Positions 24,709-38,851 of a DNA stretch of 64,000 nt are shown here, in pieces; position 1 is the stretch's first letter, and each line of letters starts with the position of its first letter. Source of the DNA: Scenedesmus sp. PABB004 (lineage: Eukaryota); the NCBI GenBank assembly GCA_014905635.1, contig JABVCE010000008.1:558001-622000 (forward strand), read 5' to 3'. The position numbers and the translations under genes were made by a program. The notes under the pieces are model-generated. The model saw only the letters and a list, made by a program, of their open reading frames with translations. It was not told where the DNA came from and made no database searches.

Positions 24709-25411
24709 CGCCGGTCGACCGGCGCGCTCGCGGCCGCACGCGCGAGCGGCCGCGCTGACTGGCCGGCCGCTGCCACACCGCCGCCGGGCCTGCAGCTGCA
24801 CTCTCAGGGTGGCGCCAGAGAGCGCGGCGCACGGGCCGCCACCGCAGGCCGCCGCAGAGCGGCCCGCCCGCGGGCGGCAACGTGCGAGCCTGTGCGGCAG
24901 GCCCGGCGGTGCCGCGGCATCCTCCCGTGCGTACTCACGACGGTCCCGTCGCGGCCGGGCGCGCGGTGGCGCGCCCGGCAGGCGCACCCGCCGAGCCGCG
25001 CCCGCCGCCGCCAGCGCTGACCTTCCGTGTGGCGCTGGGCCCCAGGGGGCGCGGCGCGACTGGAGCGATCGCGTTTTTTGCTGATTTCATCGACGTCGCG
25101 ACCGACGGCTGCGCCCCAGCGGGCGCCGGGCACCGACCTGCACCCAGGCCGCAGGCAAAATGACATCGCGGGCCGCTGGAAGGCCGCGCGCCGGCTATAA
25201 CCTCGCTCCTCGCACCCAAAGCCTTCATCCCGGTGCTCCGAGCTCCTTACCAGCACCCACACGCACCGCGCAGCTCGCCTGGGCAGCCGCTGCTTCGACC
25301 ACCCTCCGGGCTGCCCGTTCTCGCTGCCTGCTGCCGCCCCGGCTCTGCAGCGAGGGCGACCAGCGCAGCGTCGACTCGGGGCCTCCGACGCGCCTGCACG
25401 GAACCCTCGCA

Positions 25412-27743
25412 ATGGCGCGGACCCGCCGCTGCACGCTCGCCATTGCGGTGATCGCCCTGCTAGCATGCGGGGCGTCAGCCGGGCCGCTCCAGGACCTGAA
25501 GACGCTCTGTGAGACCGTGCCCACCGTCTGCTCCGAGATGGTGAGCCCGCGGCGCAGTTCTCGGCAGGCGGGCGGCCCGCGGCGGCGCGCGCGCAGGCTG
25601 GAGCCTGAGCGTCGCCCGCCGCGCAGGTGTCGTACCCCGTCTACCAGGGCGGCGCGATGGTGCTGGAGCAGCGCTCCATCTGCGACGTGAGCGCGGCCGG
25701 CGTGAAGGCGGACGTCACCAAGGCGATCGAGGTGTGCAAGTGCGTGCGCCCCGTGCTCAAGGCCATCGCCAAGGCGCCCGAGATCGTGGACAAGACCCAG
25801 ATGTACCCGCCCAGCAAGGACGCGCTCACGGCGCTCGGGTCCACGGGGGTCGCCGCGCTGACCAAGGGCGTCACGTGCCTCGCCGGCCTCGGCTTCGCGT
25901 CGGAGAGCAACCGCGACGTGAGCGCCCGCGCCGGGGCCCGCCGCGCGCCTGCTGGCCCCGCTCCAGCTGGCCCCGCGCACCGCGGGCTGACCCCCCGCCG
26001 CCGCCCCGCCGCCCCGCCGCTCCGCAGACCGTCATCCAGGGCTTTGTCGCCACCAACCAGGCGGACCCCAAGTTCTGCGGCGACACCTGCAAGAGTTCCT
26101 ACGACCCGCCGCTCGCCTGGACCTGCACGGAGAACACCGTCACCAACGCCTGCTCCTGCTCGGCGTATCACGCGGGCACCGACTTCACGAAGCAGTGGTT
26201 CTGCCCGGCGGCGGCGACGCAGCCCTACCGCTACGCCTGGGGCGGCGACATTGACATCAAGGCCTATGCAGGTGCGGCGGCGGCGGCGGCAGAGGCCCGC
26301 GCACGCGCGCCAGGCGGCGTGCTGGCCAGCCGGGGCCTCGTCGCTGCTGAGCTCGCGCCGGCGCGCGCGGCTCCGTGCCGTCGCGCCCGCTCGCGCCGCC
26401 TGCGCCTCACCGCACCGCCTCGCCGCCCGCGCAGCGCTCTCCACGGCGATCACGCAGTGCAAGTCCGGCGCGTGCACCGCGCTCGCGACCTGGTTCAAGA
26501 AATACGCGACGGAGGCCGCGGGGCGCCTCGCCGGCGCGGTGAGCGACGAGATGGCGGCCAACGGCTTCACCAGCTACATGCAGGCCTGGGAGCCCAAGTA
26601 CTCGACCCTCGTCGCGAAGCTGATGGCGCTGCCCACGCCCGCCGAGCTCACGGCCACGGCGGCGCAGATCGCGACAGACAACGGCTGCTCCAACGGCCTC
26701 GCCAGCAACGGCTGCACGTCCCAGTACCCGCACCTCATCTCCGGCACGCCCCCCTTTGTCAACACCATCACCCAGCTGCTCACCAGGTGAGCGCAGCGCC
26801 GCACCGTGGCGTGCGAGCACGCGCGCCACCGGCGCCGCCCGGGGCCGCGGCTCACCGCCCACCGCCGGCGCCGCCCAAGGCCGCGGCTCACTGCGCGCCG
26901 CCTGCCGCGCCCGCCCCGCCTGCGGCGTGCAGTTACACCACCGTTTACAACAGGCTCCGCATGCAAGACCCGGCCCTCCCCATCGCGACATTTGGCACGC
27001 TGCGCACCAACGCAGCCGTCGCGACCGACGGCCCCGCGCTCACCAACCGCACCAAGGCCAAGAACTGGCGCCCCGCCGTCAAGTCCGCGTTTGCGCCGCC
27101 CGGCCCGAGCACGCCCAACGCGCTCAACGCGCTCTCGTCGCTCCTCGCGACGGTGCCGGCGCTCGCTGAGATGGGCAAGGCGTTCACGTGGGTGTCGTAC
27201 GCCAGCAACTTTGTGGCCAAGCTCCCCGCGCTCGCCGCGGGCACCGACTACCAGCTCGCCGCGTTCAGCCTCCCGGTGCAGGCCGAGCAGGGCTGCCTGC
27301 AGTACGTCGCCAGCGTGGGCACCAGCGGCGAGCTCGACTTCTGCCGCAGCCTGCTCGACCAGGTCGTCACGCCCATCCGCGCTGCGCTCGGCACGGCCAA
27401 GAAGGCGGTCGGCTTTGGCAGCGACGAGGTGTCGACGGGGCTGTACCTGCTGCTGTCAAACTTTGGCGACATGCTGCCGCCCAACGACGGCGACGTCGCG
27501 TACCTGCAGCCCAACATTGAGGTCGCGTACTCCGAGGTGCAGGCCTTTGCGCGCTGGGTGCCGCTGCAGGTCCCGGCGCCGCTGCGCACCACCAAGCAGG
27601 TCTGCGTCGGGCCCGGCACGCCCGCGTACTGCAAGGACGACGTGCCGTTCCTTAAGAGCTTTGACCTGAGCGCCAAGCTGCCGTTTCCGCATGTGTTCCG
27701 GGCGGGGACGGGCATGCTGCTGGCGATGCTGAAGCACGGCTGA
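25412..27743 (+). CDS. Secreted cysteine-rich protein of unknown function, 608 aa
   Basis: Exons 25412-25540, 25627-25917, 26028-26271, 26435-26786 and 26933-27743 total 1827 nt, all GT-AG. Signal peptide MARTRRCTLAIAVIALLACGASA; about 20 Cys in the mature chain; complex, non-repetitive sequence. Confidence 0.85.
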
Positions 27744-28369
27744 ACGCAGCCACGCCGCGCCGCGCCGCGCCCGCCGGCGGCACGCCCGCCGGCCCCCGAA
27801 CGAGTGCGCCCCCGCCGAGGGGCGCGGCTTGACTGCACGCTCCCGGCTCCTGCATCCTGCATCGCCTCGTTATTGCCGCATGGGGGGAAAGGTTTCATCA
27901 TCCATGGGACGCGCTCTGCGCCCCCACGGGCGACCGCCGCGGCCGCCGTAGAGGCGGCCGCGGACGCCATGCATCATACAACCGGCTGCGCCACCCGCGC
28001 CGCGCCGCGTGGCGCAGCGGGGGGCTTGACCACCACCACCACCACCACCACCACCGTCACACACAAACCCTTATCACACGACCTATCGCCAACACTATAC
28101 ATGACCCAACACTTTGTTCGGGCTGCGCAGCCCTGCGCGTGCGCACCCTTCACCCCAACCGCGCGCGCCGCCAACGCACCCATCGGGGCTTGGCCATGGT
28201 CGCTTGACCAACTCGAGTTGCGCGCACCGGCGCAGACGTCTGACGGGCCGCCTGGCCGCACGCACGCGGCGTTCTCTGGCTCTGGCTGCACTGCGCGCTT
28301 CGCACTGAACTGCCGACTGTCACCTCGGGGCTGCGGTGCACCGCGTCGTTATCGAACGCCGCCCGCTGC

Positions 28370-28374
28370 TTACA
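28370..28374 (-). promoter_or_regulatory. TGTAA polyadenylation signal of the TVP38/DedA gene
   Basis: TGTAA about 315 nt downstream of the stop at 28690 on the same strand. Confidence 0.5.
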
Positions 28375-28689
28375 GCCCCGCCGCCGCTAAGCAAATCTCA
28401 AATGGCTCTGAGCAAAACACGGCCGCGCCCCACCAACCGGTGGCGCCAGCGAGCACCCGATCCGACAGGCAGCCGACAGCGGCTGCCCAAAACCCCGGCG
28501 ACCGGCGGCGCTCTCAACACAGGGGCAGCCGCCTGCACAACCAACGCGCGCCGGGCCGGACGGCAGGCCAAAACCCGGCAGGCCAAAACATGCGCGCGCA
28601 CGCGCTCGCCGCCGCCGCGGCCGCCGTTTGTCCAGGCGCCCCTCCCTGCCCCTCCCTGCCCTGCCCCCCCCCTCTCCCCGCCCCACGCG

Positions 28690-28708
28690 CTACTGCTGCT
28701 TCTGGTCG

Positions 28709-28777
<69 letters not shown>

Positions 28778-30518
28778 GCCACACCGCCGGCCGCCGCCGC
28801 GGCCTCGCTCGCCGCCGCGGCCTCGCTCGCGGCCGCCGCCTCCGCCAGGGCCTCCCTGTCGGCCTCCTCCACCGCCTGCTGCGCGAGGCGGCCGACGAAG
28901 CCCAGCGCGAGCGCGGTCGCCCCGAGCGCGAGCCCAACCTGCCACACCTCCACGCCCAGCCCGCCCTCGCCCTCGCTCAGCACCGCCTTGCCCACGTGCC
29001 CCGCCGTCACGTATGCGTACGTCCCTGCGCAGCGTGCCCCCGCGCACGCGCATGTGGCGTCAGGCCGTGACTGTCGCGCGCGGCGGCGCACGGCGGAGCG
29101 CAGGCGGCGCGGCGCGGCGCGGCGCGGTGCGGCGCGCGGCCGCGCCGCACCCGGGAGCATGCCGAGCCAGCTGCCCAGCACGTAGCTGCCCAGGTCGACC
29201 GAGGTGAGGCCGTACAGGTAGTTTGAGACCGCGAGCGGCAGCAGCGGGCTCAGGCGCAGCAGCGTCACAAACTTGAGCCCGTTGCGCGAGATCGCACGGT
29301 CGATCGCGGCAAAGCGCCGGTTGCGCCCCGCGAGCGCCGCGACCTGCGCGGCGCGGGCGAGCGGGCAGGGTGGGCGCGCGTGCGAGCGAGCGCGCGCGCG
29401 CGCGCGCCCTTCCCACCTGCCGCCGCGCCCGCCCCGCCGCACACACCCCACACGACTCGCGCACGCCGCGCGCCCCGCACGCCCCCGCACGCGCCGCACA
29501 CACCACACACGCCGCGCCGCGCGCCGCCGCGCCGCGCCCCGCTCCGCCGCCGCCGCACCTTGTCGCGCGCGGCGTAGCGGGCGATAACAAACGCGATCGT
29601 CGCCGCGGCGGTCGCGCTCGCGCTCACGATCGCGGTGCCCTGCAGCGGCCCGAAGATCGCGCCCGCGGTCATGGTCAGCGGGATGGCGGGCACCGCGAGG
29701 ACCTCGAGCCCCGTGTACACGGCCGCGTACGCGACGTAGCCCCACACGCCCCAGTCGTCCACGGCGGCGATGAAAAAGTCGAGAAAGTGCTTGATCGCGT
29801 CCCGGAACGCCCAGCCCCCGCCCAGCAGCACGGCGAGGCCGAGCGCGAGGCCGAGCGCGGCCGCCCAGCCCGCGGACGGCGCGGCGCCGCCGGGCTCGGC
29901 GCCGGCCGCCTCGGCCGCGAGCGCGCCGAGCAGCGGGTCGGGCGGCGGCGGCGGCGCGCCGGGCGCCGGCTGCGGCGGCGCGCGCGACGGCTCGCCCGCC
30001 GGCGGCGGGGCGGTGCTGGTGCTGCTGCTCGCGCCGGGGCCGGCCTTGGCGCTGCTGCTGCTGCTGCTGCCGCCGCCGCCGCCGCCGCCAGCGGCTGCAC
30101 TGCCGTTCCTGCGCGGCCGGGCAGCGCGCGGCGAGGGCGCGCGCGTGAGCGGCCGCGTGCGCGCGCGCCGCGCGGCGGCGCGGCGCCGCCCCAATTGCCG
30201 CTGCCGGGGCCACGGCGCCGCCATCGGCGCGCGCCAGCGCCAGCGGCGGGGGCGGCAGCAGCAGCGGCAGCGGCGGCGGCAGCAGCAGCAGCAGCAGCGG
30301 CGCGCGCGCTGAAGGCGCCCGCCACATGGCCCACGCGGTCCGCACGCCCCACGTGGCGCGTTCCCCGCACGCCGCTGCACTCAGGATCGCCCCACGCACC
30401 CGCTGAAGGAGCTGGAGGACGCCACGCGCGGCGCGGTGCGGGGGAGCGCTCGGCCATCGAGGGCCCTCCCTCGCCGCGGCACCGGCCGCGCCAGCGGCCG
30501 CGCCAGCGAGGGAAGCAT
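28690..30518 (-). CDS. TVP38/TMEM64 (SNARE-associated, DedA/VTT domain) membrane protein, probably plastid-targeted
   Basis: Exons 30518-30400 (tentative, transit-peptide-like), 30108-29559, 29343-29151 and 29024-28690. Motifs GLEVLAVPAIPLTMTAGAIFG, FVIARYAARD, LLRLSPLLP..NYLYGLT and LGMLPGTYAYV. Confidence 0.9.
28711..28776 (-). repeat. (CAG)22 coding polyglutamine at the TVP38 C-terminus
   Basis: Perfect CTG run on the plus strand. Confidence 0.95.
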
Positions 30519-31173
30519 GCCGCTGCTGCGCCGGGGCGCTGCCGGCCGGCTTGCCCGCTTGCGGGCCTGCAGGACGCGGCGCGGGCGGGGCCAACCGGGT
30601 TCCGTGCGCTCGCGCGCGCGGGCGGCTTGTCGACGCGGTGGCGACGCTGTGGCGAGCGGGCACGGCACGGCGCGCGGAGGAGGGCGCTGCAGCGCGCGGC
30701 GGCGGTGCAGTGCGGCGCGGCGGCGTGCGGGGCGCTGAGTCGCGCGCTCCCGGCCGTGGAGGGAGCGCCGCTGCAGACAGACAAGCAGTGTGTTGCAGAG
30801 CGACAGTCGAATGCTGGCCATGCGGGACGCGATGCTCGGTCATCATGCCAGGGCAGCATGCGTTTGGGGGGCCGCCGCCGTCGGCGCCGCCGCAAGACTC
30901 TGCGCGCCGCCGCCGCTGCCGGGCGGCGCGCTGGGGCGGCGCTCGCCACGTTGTTGTTGTGGGAAAAGCACACCAAACCGACAAAACTCAATGTCCCGCG
31001 GAACGTGTCGGGATCGGATGAGGAGCAACGCGGCGCCGTTCGGACAAAAAACGCACGTACAGGAGCACACCGCACCACACGCGCGGCTTCCAGAGCAAGA
31101 AGCCGAACCCACAGCTCAGCGGGGGATCAACAACGCGGCCACAAGCCGCCGCGCGCTCACACCTGGAGCTGCC

Positions 31174-32549
31174 CTAAACCTGGAGCTGCTGCAGGCGCGC
31201 GGCCTCCTCCGCGAAGAGCATCAGCCCGCCCACGTCGCCGCCCTCGTCGGCCGCCGCCTCGCCCATCTCCTCCTCCGCGCCGCGCGCGCCGCCGCCAAAG
31301 GCGGAGCACGCGGTCGCGAGGCTCGCCGCGGGCGCGCCGCCGTAGCTGTCCGACACCGCCGGCGCGCCGCCGCGCGCGGGCACCCAGCGCCCGCCGAGCG
31401 CAAAGCCCCGCGCCGCCGCGCCGCCGTCGTCGTCGTCGTCGCCGTCGTCCATGTCGTCGTCGTCGTCGTCGCGCGGCGCGCGCGCGCCCGGGGCGCTCGG
31501 CACGACCTGCTGCTCGCTGCTCGCGGCGGGGCTGGCCGGGCGCGCGGCGCGCCAGCGCTTGGCGCGCCCCGCGCTCGGCACGACCGCGCCGGCGCTGCCG
31601 CTCGTCGCGTCGTCCATCGCCGCGGCGCCCGAGCTGTCGGCGCTCTCGCTGCCCGCCGGCGCGTCGGTGCTCGCGCTGTCGCTGCCGCTCGAAGCGGCGC
31701 GGCGCAGCCCGGCGCCCTCGCTGCCGCTGCCGCTCACGCAGGCGCTGCCGAGCGCGAGGCGCGGCTCCACGCCCGCCGCCGCGGCGGCGGGGCCGAGCAG
31801 GAGCTGCTGCTGGCCCATGCGGCCCTGGTGCAGCCCAAAGTAGCGCCCCAGGTGGTCGTGCCCGCCGGCGCCCGCGGCAAAGCCGCGCTTGCGCGCGCCG
31901 CCCGCGCTCGCGCCGCTGCCGCCGCTGCCGCTCAGGGAGGGGCCCCACAGCGGGCGCTGCTGCGCCGAGTGGTGCAGGCTGAGCGGGTGCCCCGTCGCGG
32001 AGTGGATGTAGAGCGGGGGCAGCCGCTCCTGCCAGGTCGAGCCCTCGCGGCTGGCCGCCAGGAAGCTGCTCATCAGCGCCGCGTCGGTCGGCGGGCGGTA
32101 CGGCTCCTTGCGCGGCAGGCCGCCGCCGCTAAAGCCGGTGCCGCTGCTGCTGCCGCTGCTGCCGCTGCTGCCCGCGGCGCAGCGCGCGACGACCGCGCTC
32201 GCGAGCGCGACGCCCTCCTTGGCCGCCGCGGGCGTGATGATGGGCCAGGGGTAGTTGAACCCCAGCTCCACGCCCGCCGCCTCGAGCGCCTCGGGCGGCG
32301 CGGCCCAGGGCTGGTGGATGTACGCCGCGGGCAGCTGCGCGAGCACGGGCAGCCAGCGCCGCACGTAGTGGCCGTCCGGGTCAAAGCGCTTCCACTCCTC
32401 CTCCAGGTCGACCAGGTAGCTGAACGGGTGCGCGTCTGTGTGAGTGTGTGTGGGTGGGTGTGTGGGTGTGGGTGGGTGTGTGGGTGGGTGGGTGGGTGGG
32501 TGGCTTGGTGGGTGGGTGGGTGGGTGGGTGGGTGGGTGGGTGGGTGGGT

Positions 32550-32614
<65 letters not shown>

Positions 32615-34880
32615 GGGGGGGGGGGTGGGTGGGTGAGGCGGCGGCGGCAGGGGGAGGGACGGAGGGCGGCGGCCGCGCGGGGGCGGGCGCGGCGCCGGCG
32701 CGGGGGCGGGCGCGGGGGCAGGAGCCCGCGCGCGGCGGCGCGCACCCGAGAGGCAGCCGCTCACGTACTGCCTGCGCGGCGCGCGGGAGGGGGCACGGGG
32801 CGCGGGGCGCGGGGCGCGGTGAGCCGTCGCCGCGGGCGCGCGTGGTGTGCCCCCCTCCCCCCTCCCCCGCAAAACACACACAAGAGCACGCCCGCGCACG
32901 CACCAGCCGAGCGCGTCGCACTCCAGGTCGGCGTCGATCTGGCAGTCCCAGAGGTGCTTCAGCCCCCACTGCCACGGCAGCAGCAGGTGCTTCACCATGA
33001 AGTGGCTCGCCACGACGCGCACGCGGTTGTGGCACCATCCCATGCTCCACAGCTGCCGCATGCCTGCGCGCGGCCGCGCGCGGCGCCGCGCGTGGGGCGC
33101 CGCGCCGCACCCCACCCGCCGCCGCGCTGCCGCCGCCGCGCCCGCTCCCGCGCTGCTCCCCCGCTGCTCCCCCCGGCGCGCACCCGCGTCCACGAGGGGG
33201 TACCCGGTGAGCCCCTGGCGCCACGCCTTGAACGCGGCCTGGTCGAGGCGCCACGGCACGGCGCGCAGGTGCGCGAGCATCGCGCGCTCGGTGATAAAGG
33301 GAAAGTGGAACGCCAGGTACCTGCATGGGGCGAGGGGGGGGGGGGCGTGGTGTGAGACGAGCACCGCCGCGCGCGGAGGAGGAGCAGCGCGCCGCAGGGC
33401 TGGGCGCCGCGCGGCCGACAGCGAGCGGCGGGGCGGGTTGGCGCCGCGCCGCGCAGGGCGCCGCCGCTGCGGCGTGGCGCACCCACCTGCTGTACTCGCG
33501 GTACCCCATCTGCTGCAGGAAGTCGAGGCAGCTCTTGCCCTTGTCCAGGCCGGCCGCCTGCCACTGCGCGTGCTTCTGCGCGACGCGGTAGTAGATGTGG
33601 CGCACGCTGATGGAGCCAAAGTGTATCCAGGGCGAGAGCATGGTCGTGGACTCGCGGTCCGTCTTGGCGCGGTCGTGCTCAAACTTCGGCAGCCCCTGCG
33701 CGCGGCAGGGCGGGCAGGCGCGGCGCGGCGCGGCGCGGCGCGGCGGGCGTTTGGTGTAGGCGTGGGGTGGGCAGGGGCCACTCGCTGCTGCTGCTGCGGC
33801 GCCGCGGGCAGGCGCAGCGGGGCGGCGCCGCGCGGGCAGGCGCCGCTGCCGCCGGCGCTGCGGGCAGGCGCGCCGCTGCCGCCGGCGCTGCGGGCAGGCG
33901 CGCCGCTGCCGCGCGCGCCGCACCTCGTCCAGAAAGGCCTCGAGCCGCGACACCGCGGCGGCGCCGGCGGGGTCCCAGCGGTGCGCGAGCGCCTCGGTCG
34001 ACGCCTCCTGCTCGCGCGTCATAAACCACTCCACCTGCGCGGCGGCGGCGGCGGCGGCGACCCCGAGCGTCGGCGCGCGAGCGGCCGCCGGCCGGGCCGC
34101 CAAGCTGGGCCGCAGGGCTGCGCGCGCCGCGCCGCCGCCGCCGCTGCTGCTGCGCGCGTGCGCGGACCTCGTCGAGCGGCTGGCTCGCGATGTGCTCCGG
34201 CACGGCCGGCAGCGGGCCGCTCGGCTCCGGCAGCGGCAGCGGCGGCGCGTAGGGCATGGCGAGGCAGCGGTCCCAGTAAGACTTGAAGGTCGTGTAGGGC
34301 TGCTGCGCCGCGTCGAGCACCTCCCAGGGCTCGTACAGCAGGTCCGCGTTGAACGACGACACGAGCACGCCGTTGCTGCGCAGGTCGTCCTTGACCTGCT
34401 GGTCGCGCACCATGGAGATGGAGTCGTAGAGGTGGTTGAAGAACACCGCCTGCGCGCCGCTCTCCGCGATGAGGGCCTTCAGCACCTCGCCGCTGCTGCG
34501 CCCGCTGCGCACGACCAGCCGGCTGCCCAGCGCCTCCAGCCGCGCCGCCAGGGCGCGCACGCTGTGCTTGCACCACCATCGGGTCTGCCGCCCGGGCTGG
34601 AACTGGCCCTGCGGCGCGACGGGGGCGACGGCATGCTCGCGCCGGCACGCCCCCCGCCCCCGCCGCCGCGCGGCCGCCCGCGCGCCCGCCCGCCCCCGCC
34701 CGGGCCACGCCGCGGTCCCACCTCCTCCTCGGGCGCCCAGATGAAGACCGGGATCACGCGCGCGGCGCTGTTGAGGGCCGCCACCAGCGCGGGGGCGTCG
34801 TAGGTCCGCAGGTCGCGCCGGAACCACACCACCGCGGTGTCGAGCATGCTGCCCGCGGCGGGCGGGGGCTCGCCCGCCAT
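31174..34880 (-). CDS. CPH1: Plant-type cryptochrome (pCRY/CPH1-like blue-light receptor), 834 aa
   Basis: Exons 34880-34722, 34608-34168, 34034-33924, 33695-33487, 33320-33184, 33063-32904, 32771-32746 and 32435-31174 total 2505 nt. Motifs VVWFRRDLR, WAPEEEGQFQPGR, FNHLYD, LYEPWEV, LSPWIHFG, GLTGYPLVDAGMRQLW, LPWQWG, DADLECDALGWQY (plant-CRY Asp retained) and FDPDGHYVRRWLP, followed by a long C-terminal extension. Confidence 0.95.
32438..32636. repeat. Compound (GGGT)n + (GT)n + poly-G tract in the last cryptochrome intron
   Basis: About 110 nt of GGGT-type units, about 60 nt of perfect GT, then a G homopolymer. Confidence 0.95.
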
Positions 34881-35241
34881 GGCTTCACGCGCGCATGCGC
34901 CTTGCGCAGCTGGGCTGGGGCGCGCTGGGGGATGCTGTGGCGTCGTCGGGGGAGCGGCTCGGGGTGCCGCCAACACTGGGAGGGGTGCAGCGGGGCCGCG
35001 GACGCAGCGGGGCAGCAGCACAGGCACGCGGGTTCTGCCAAACGGCAGCGCCGCGCCGCCGCGGCGCCGGCGGCCGGGCGATCCCGTTCAGCCCGCCAGC
35101 AGCTCCCCAGGCCCGGCAAGGCGCGTCCCGAGCCCGGCCGCCGGCTCTCACGCGCGCCACCGCGGCAGGGCGGCCGCGCGCGCGCCAGCTCTCCGCGCCG
35201 CCTGGCCCGCGTCCAGGCAAGCTGTGGCACGCCGCGCGGCG

Positions 35242-35246
35242 TTACA
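35242..35246 (-). promoter_or_regulatory. TGTAA polyadenylation signal for the gene ending at 35449
   Basis: About 200 nt downstream of the stop on the same strand. Confidence 0.5.
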
Positions 35247-35448
35247 GAACCCGCGCGTCGAGCCCCCACGGCCCCCTCCGCAGACCCCCGCCGCGCACAG
35301 GCGCGGCGGCGGCGGGCCCGCCCGACCGATCGCACCGACCCGGCGTCGGGCGCACACACACAAATCACGCGCACATCCAAGTGCTGGCTGCCGCTGCTGC
35401 TGCTGGTTCGTCACATCCTGCCGCGCGCACGTGACCGCCGTGCGTGCG

Positions 35449-36802
35449 TCAGATCATGCGCTCGATGTCCCGCACCGACCGCAGGAACGCCCGCCCCGGC
35501 GGCAGGGGCTCGTCGCTCAGGTTGAGCACCACCGGCGCCGCGCCGCGCGGCCGGCCGGCGGGCGCCGCCACGGCGGCAGGCGCGGCGCCGGCCGGCGGTG
35601 GCGCCGCCGCGCCCGGCGCCGCCGGCGCGCCACCGGCGCCGCCGCCGCTCAGGTCGAGCACGCGCGGCCGCTTGGCGCCGCCGTCGAGCGCGCCCGACCA
35701 GCGCCCGCGCTTGCACGCGCCCGCGGCCGGCGGCGACATGAGGCGCGGCGACGGCGGCCGCGCGGCAGCGCCGCCGCCGCCCACCGCGACCTGCAGCGCG
35801 CCGCCGCCGGCGCTGCAGCCGCGCCACCAGCAGGGCGCTGCGGTGCGGCTTCCGGGCGCGCCGGTTGCGACGAGGGACGGGCCCAGGGCGCCGGCCGTGT
35901 CCGCCGGGGCGTGCGCGTGCGGCGGCGGCGGCGGCACCACGTCGTTGCAGCCGAGCTGGTCGGCGACGCGGTGGCCGCCGCTGAACGCCGGTGGCACCGC
36001 CAGCAGGACGCGCCGCTGCTGCGCCTGCAGGCTGGCCGGCTGCTGTGGCACGCCCGGCCAGGCCGGCGACGGCAGGGCCGGCGACTGCAGCGCCTGCCCG
36101 CCCGGCTGCAAACCCTCGCCGCCTTGCTGCCAGCCGCCGTGCTGCTGCTGCTGCGCGGGCGCCCGGCTGTGCTGGTGAGGGCCGGCGCGCGGCGAGGGCG
36201 CCTCCAGGGCAAAGAGTCCGCCCTGCACCGCCGCCCCGGCGGCGCCCAGCTGGCCGAGCTGCGCCTCGTGCATCACCCAGGGCTGCAGGCTGTGGAACCC
36301 AGCCAACGGGTCCAGGTCGCACGTCGGCGGCAGGTCCAGGCCGCTGCTGAAGCCGAGCGAGTCGATCGCGAGGCCGCCATCGCACGGCGGCGACAGCAGC
36401 CCCCCGGAGCCCAGGCCCGGCAGGCGCAGCACGGGGCTGAGCAGCGCGCCCGGCCCCGCCGCCGCGCCCCAGCCCTGCCTGCTGACCTTGCCACCCGCGC
36501 TGGCGGCGGTGCGCCGCGCGCCGCCGCCGGGCGGCGGGCTCACGTCGTCGTCCGAGCCGCGTGCCTGCGGTGCGGTGCGCGCCGGGTCAAACGGAGTCAG
36601 TGCGCCGCGGCGGTGCCGCGCCGCTGCCCCTGGAGCGCTGCGGCGTGCTGGCGTCGCTCTGCGCGGCCAGGTGTCTGCCGCGGGCCGCCGCGGGCCGCCG
36701 CCGCGCCGCGCCCACCTGGTCGCCGGGGAGGCCGGCGGCGCTGCCACGCGAGAGCGCCGCCTTTGCCCACAGCGGGCTGCTGGGCCTGTCGCTGGCGCTC
36801 AT
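35449..36802 (-). CDS. Hypothetical, largely disordered protein
   Basis: Exon 36802-36716 plus exon 36564-35449, joined by an in-phase CAG|GTGGG..CGCAG intron. It ends VVLNLSDEPLPPGRAFLRSVRDIERMI and has a downstream TGTAA. Confidence 0.55.
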
Positions 36803-37245
36803 GCTTGCGGTGGCCAGCGCTCTCGCGAGCTGCCGCGGCGCGCCCGGGCCGGGCGCTGCGCCGCCGCCGCTGTCGCCCCGCGCCGCGCGCGCTGCTGTCC
36901 GTGCGGTTGCGCGGCGCCGCGAGGGGTCGTGGTCTGAAAGCAGGAAGCAGGTATGCCTGACTGCGGACGCGCTGCGGCCTCCTCGGGGGGTCAAGGCGAG
37001 CGCCGCCGCGTCAGTTTCTGCTGGTCGGGCTGGCCTGCGCTCTACGCCCTCGCAGCAGGCGCAGGGAGCTCGTGGGAGAGCTGTGGCGAGGCAGGAAGGC
37101 CTGTTCGGAGGCTGGCCAGCAGCGCAGGGCACAGCAATAACACTCGCCCCCGCGACGGCTGACTGCCGACCGCCGGATCGCCCGCAATTGCGGAGCCGCA
37201 ATCCCCGCCGCTCATCCCTCGCTCACGCTCACTGCGCTGCTGGCG

Positions 37246-38851
<1,606 letters not shown>

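Noticed and set aside
24389..25228. Possible small minus-strand gene (MKSAKNAIAP..., GTGAGT donor near 24938)
   Set aside because: I could not build a convincing spliced ORF. It may be 5' UTR or promoter of the neighbouring genes.
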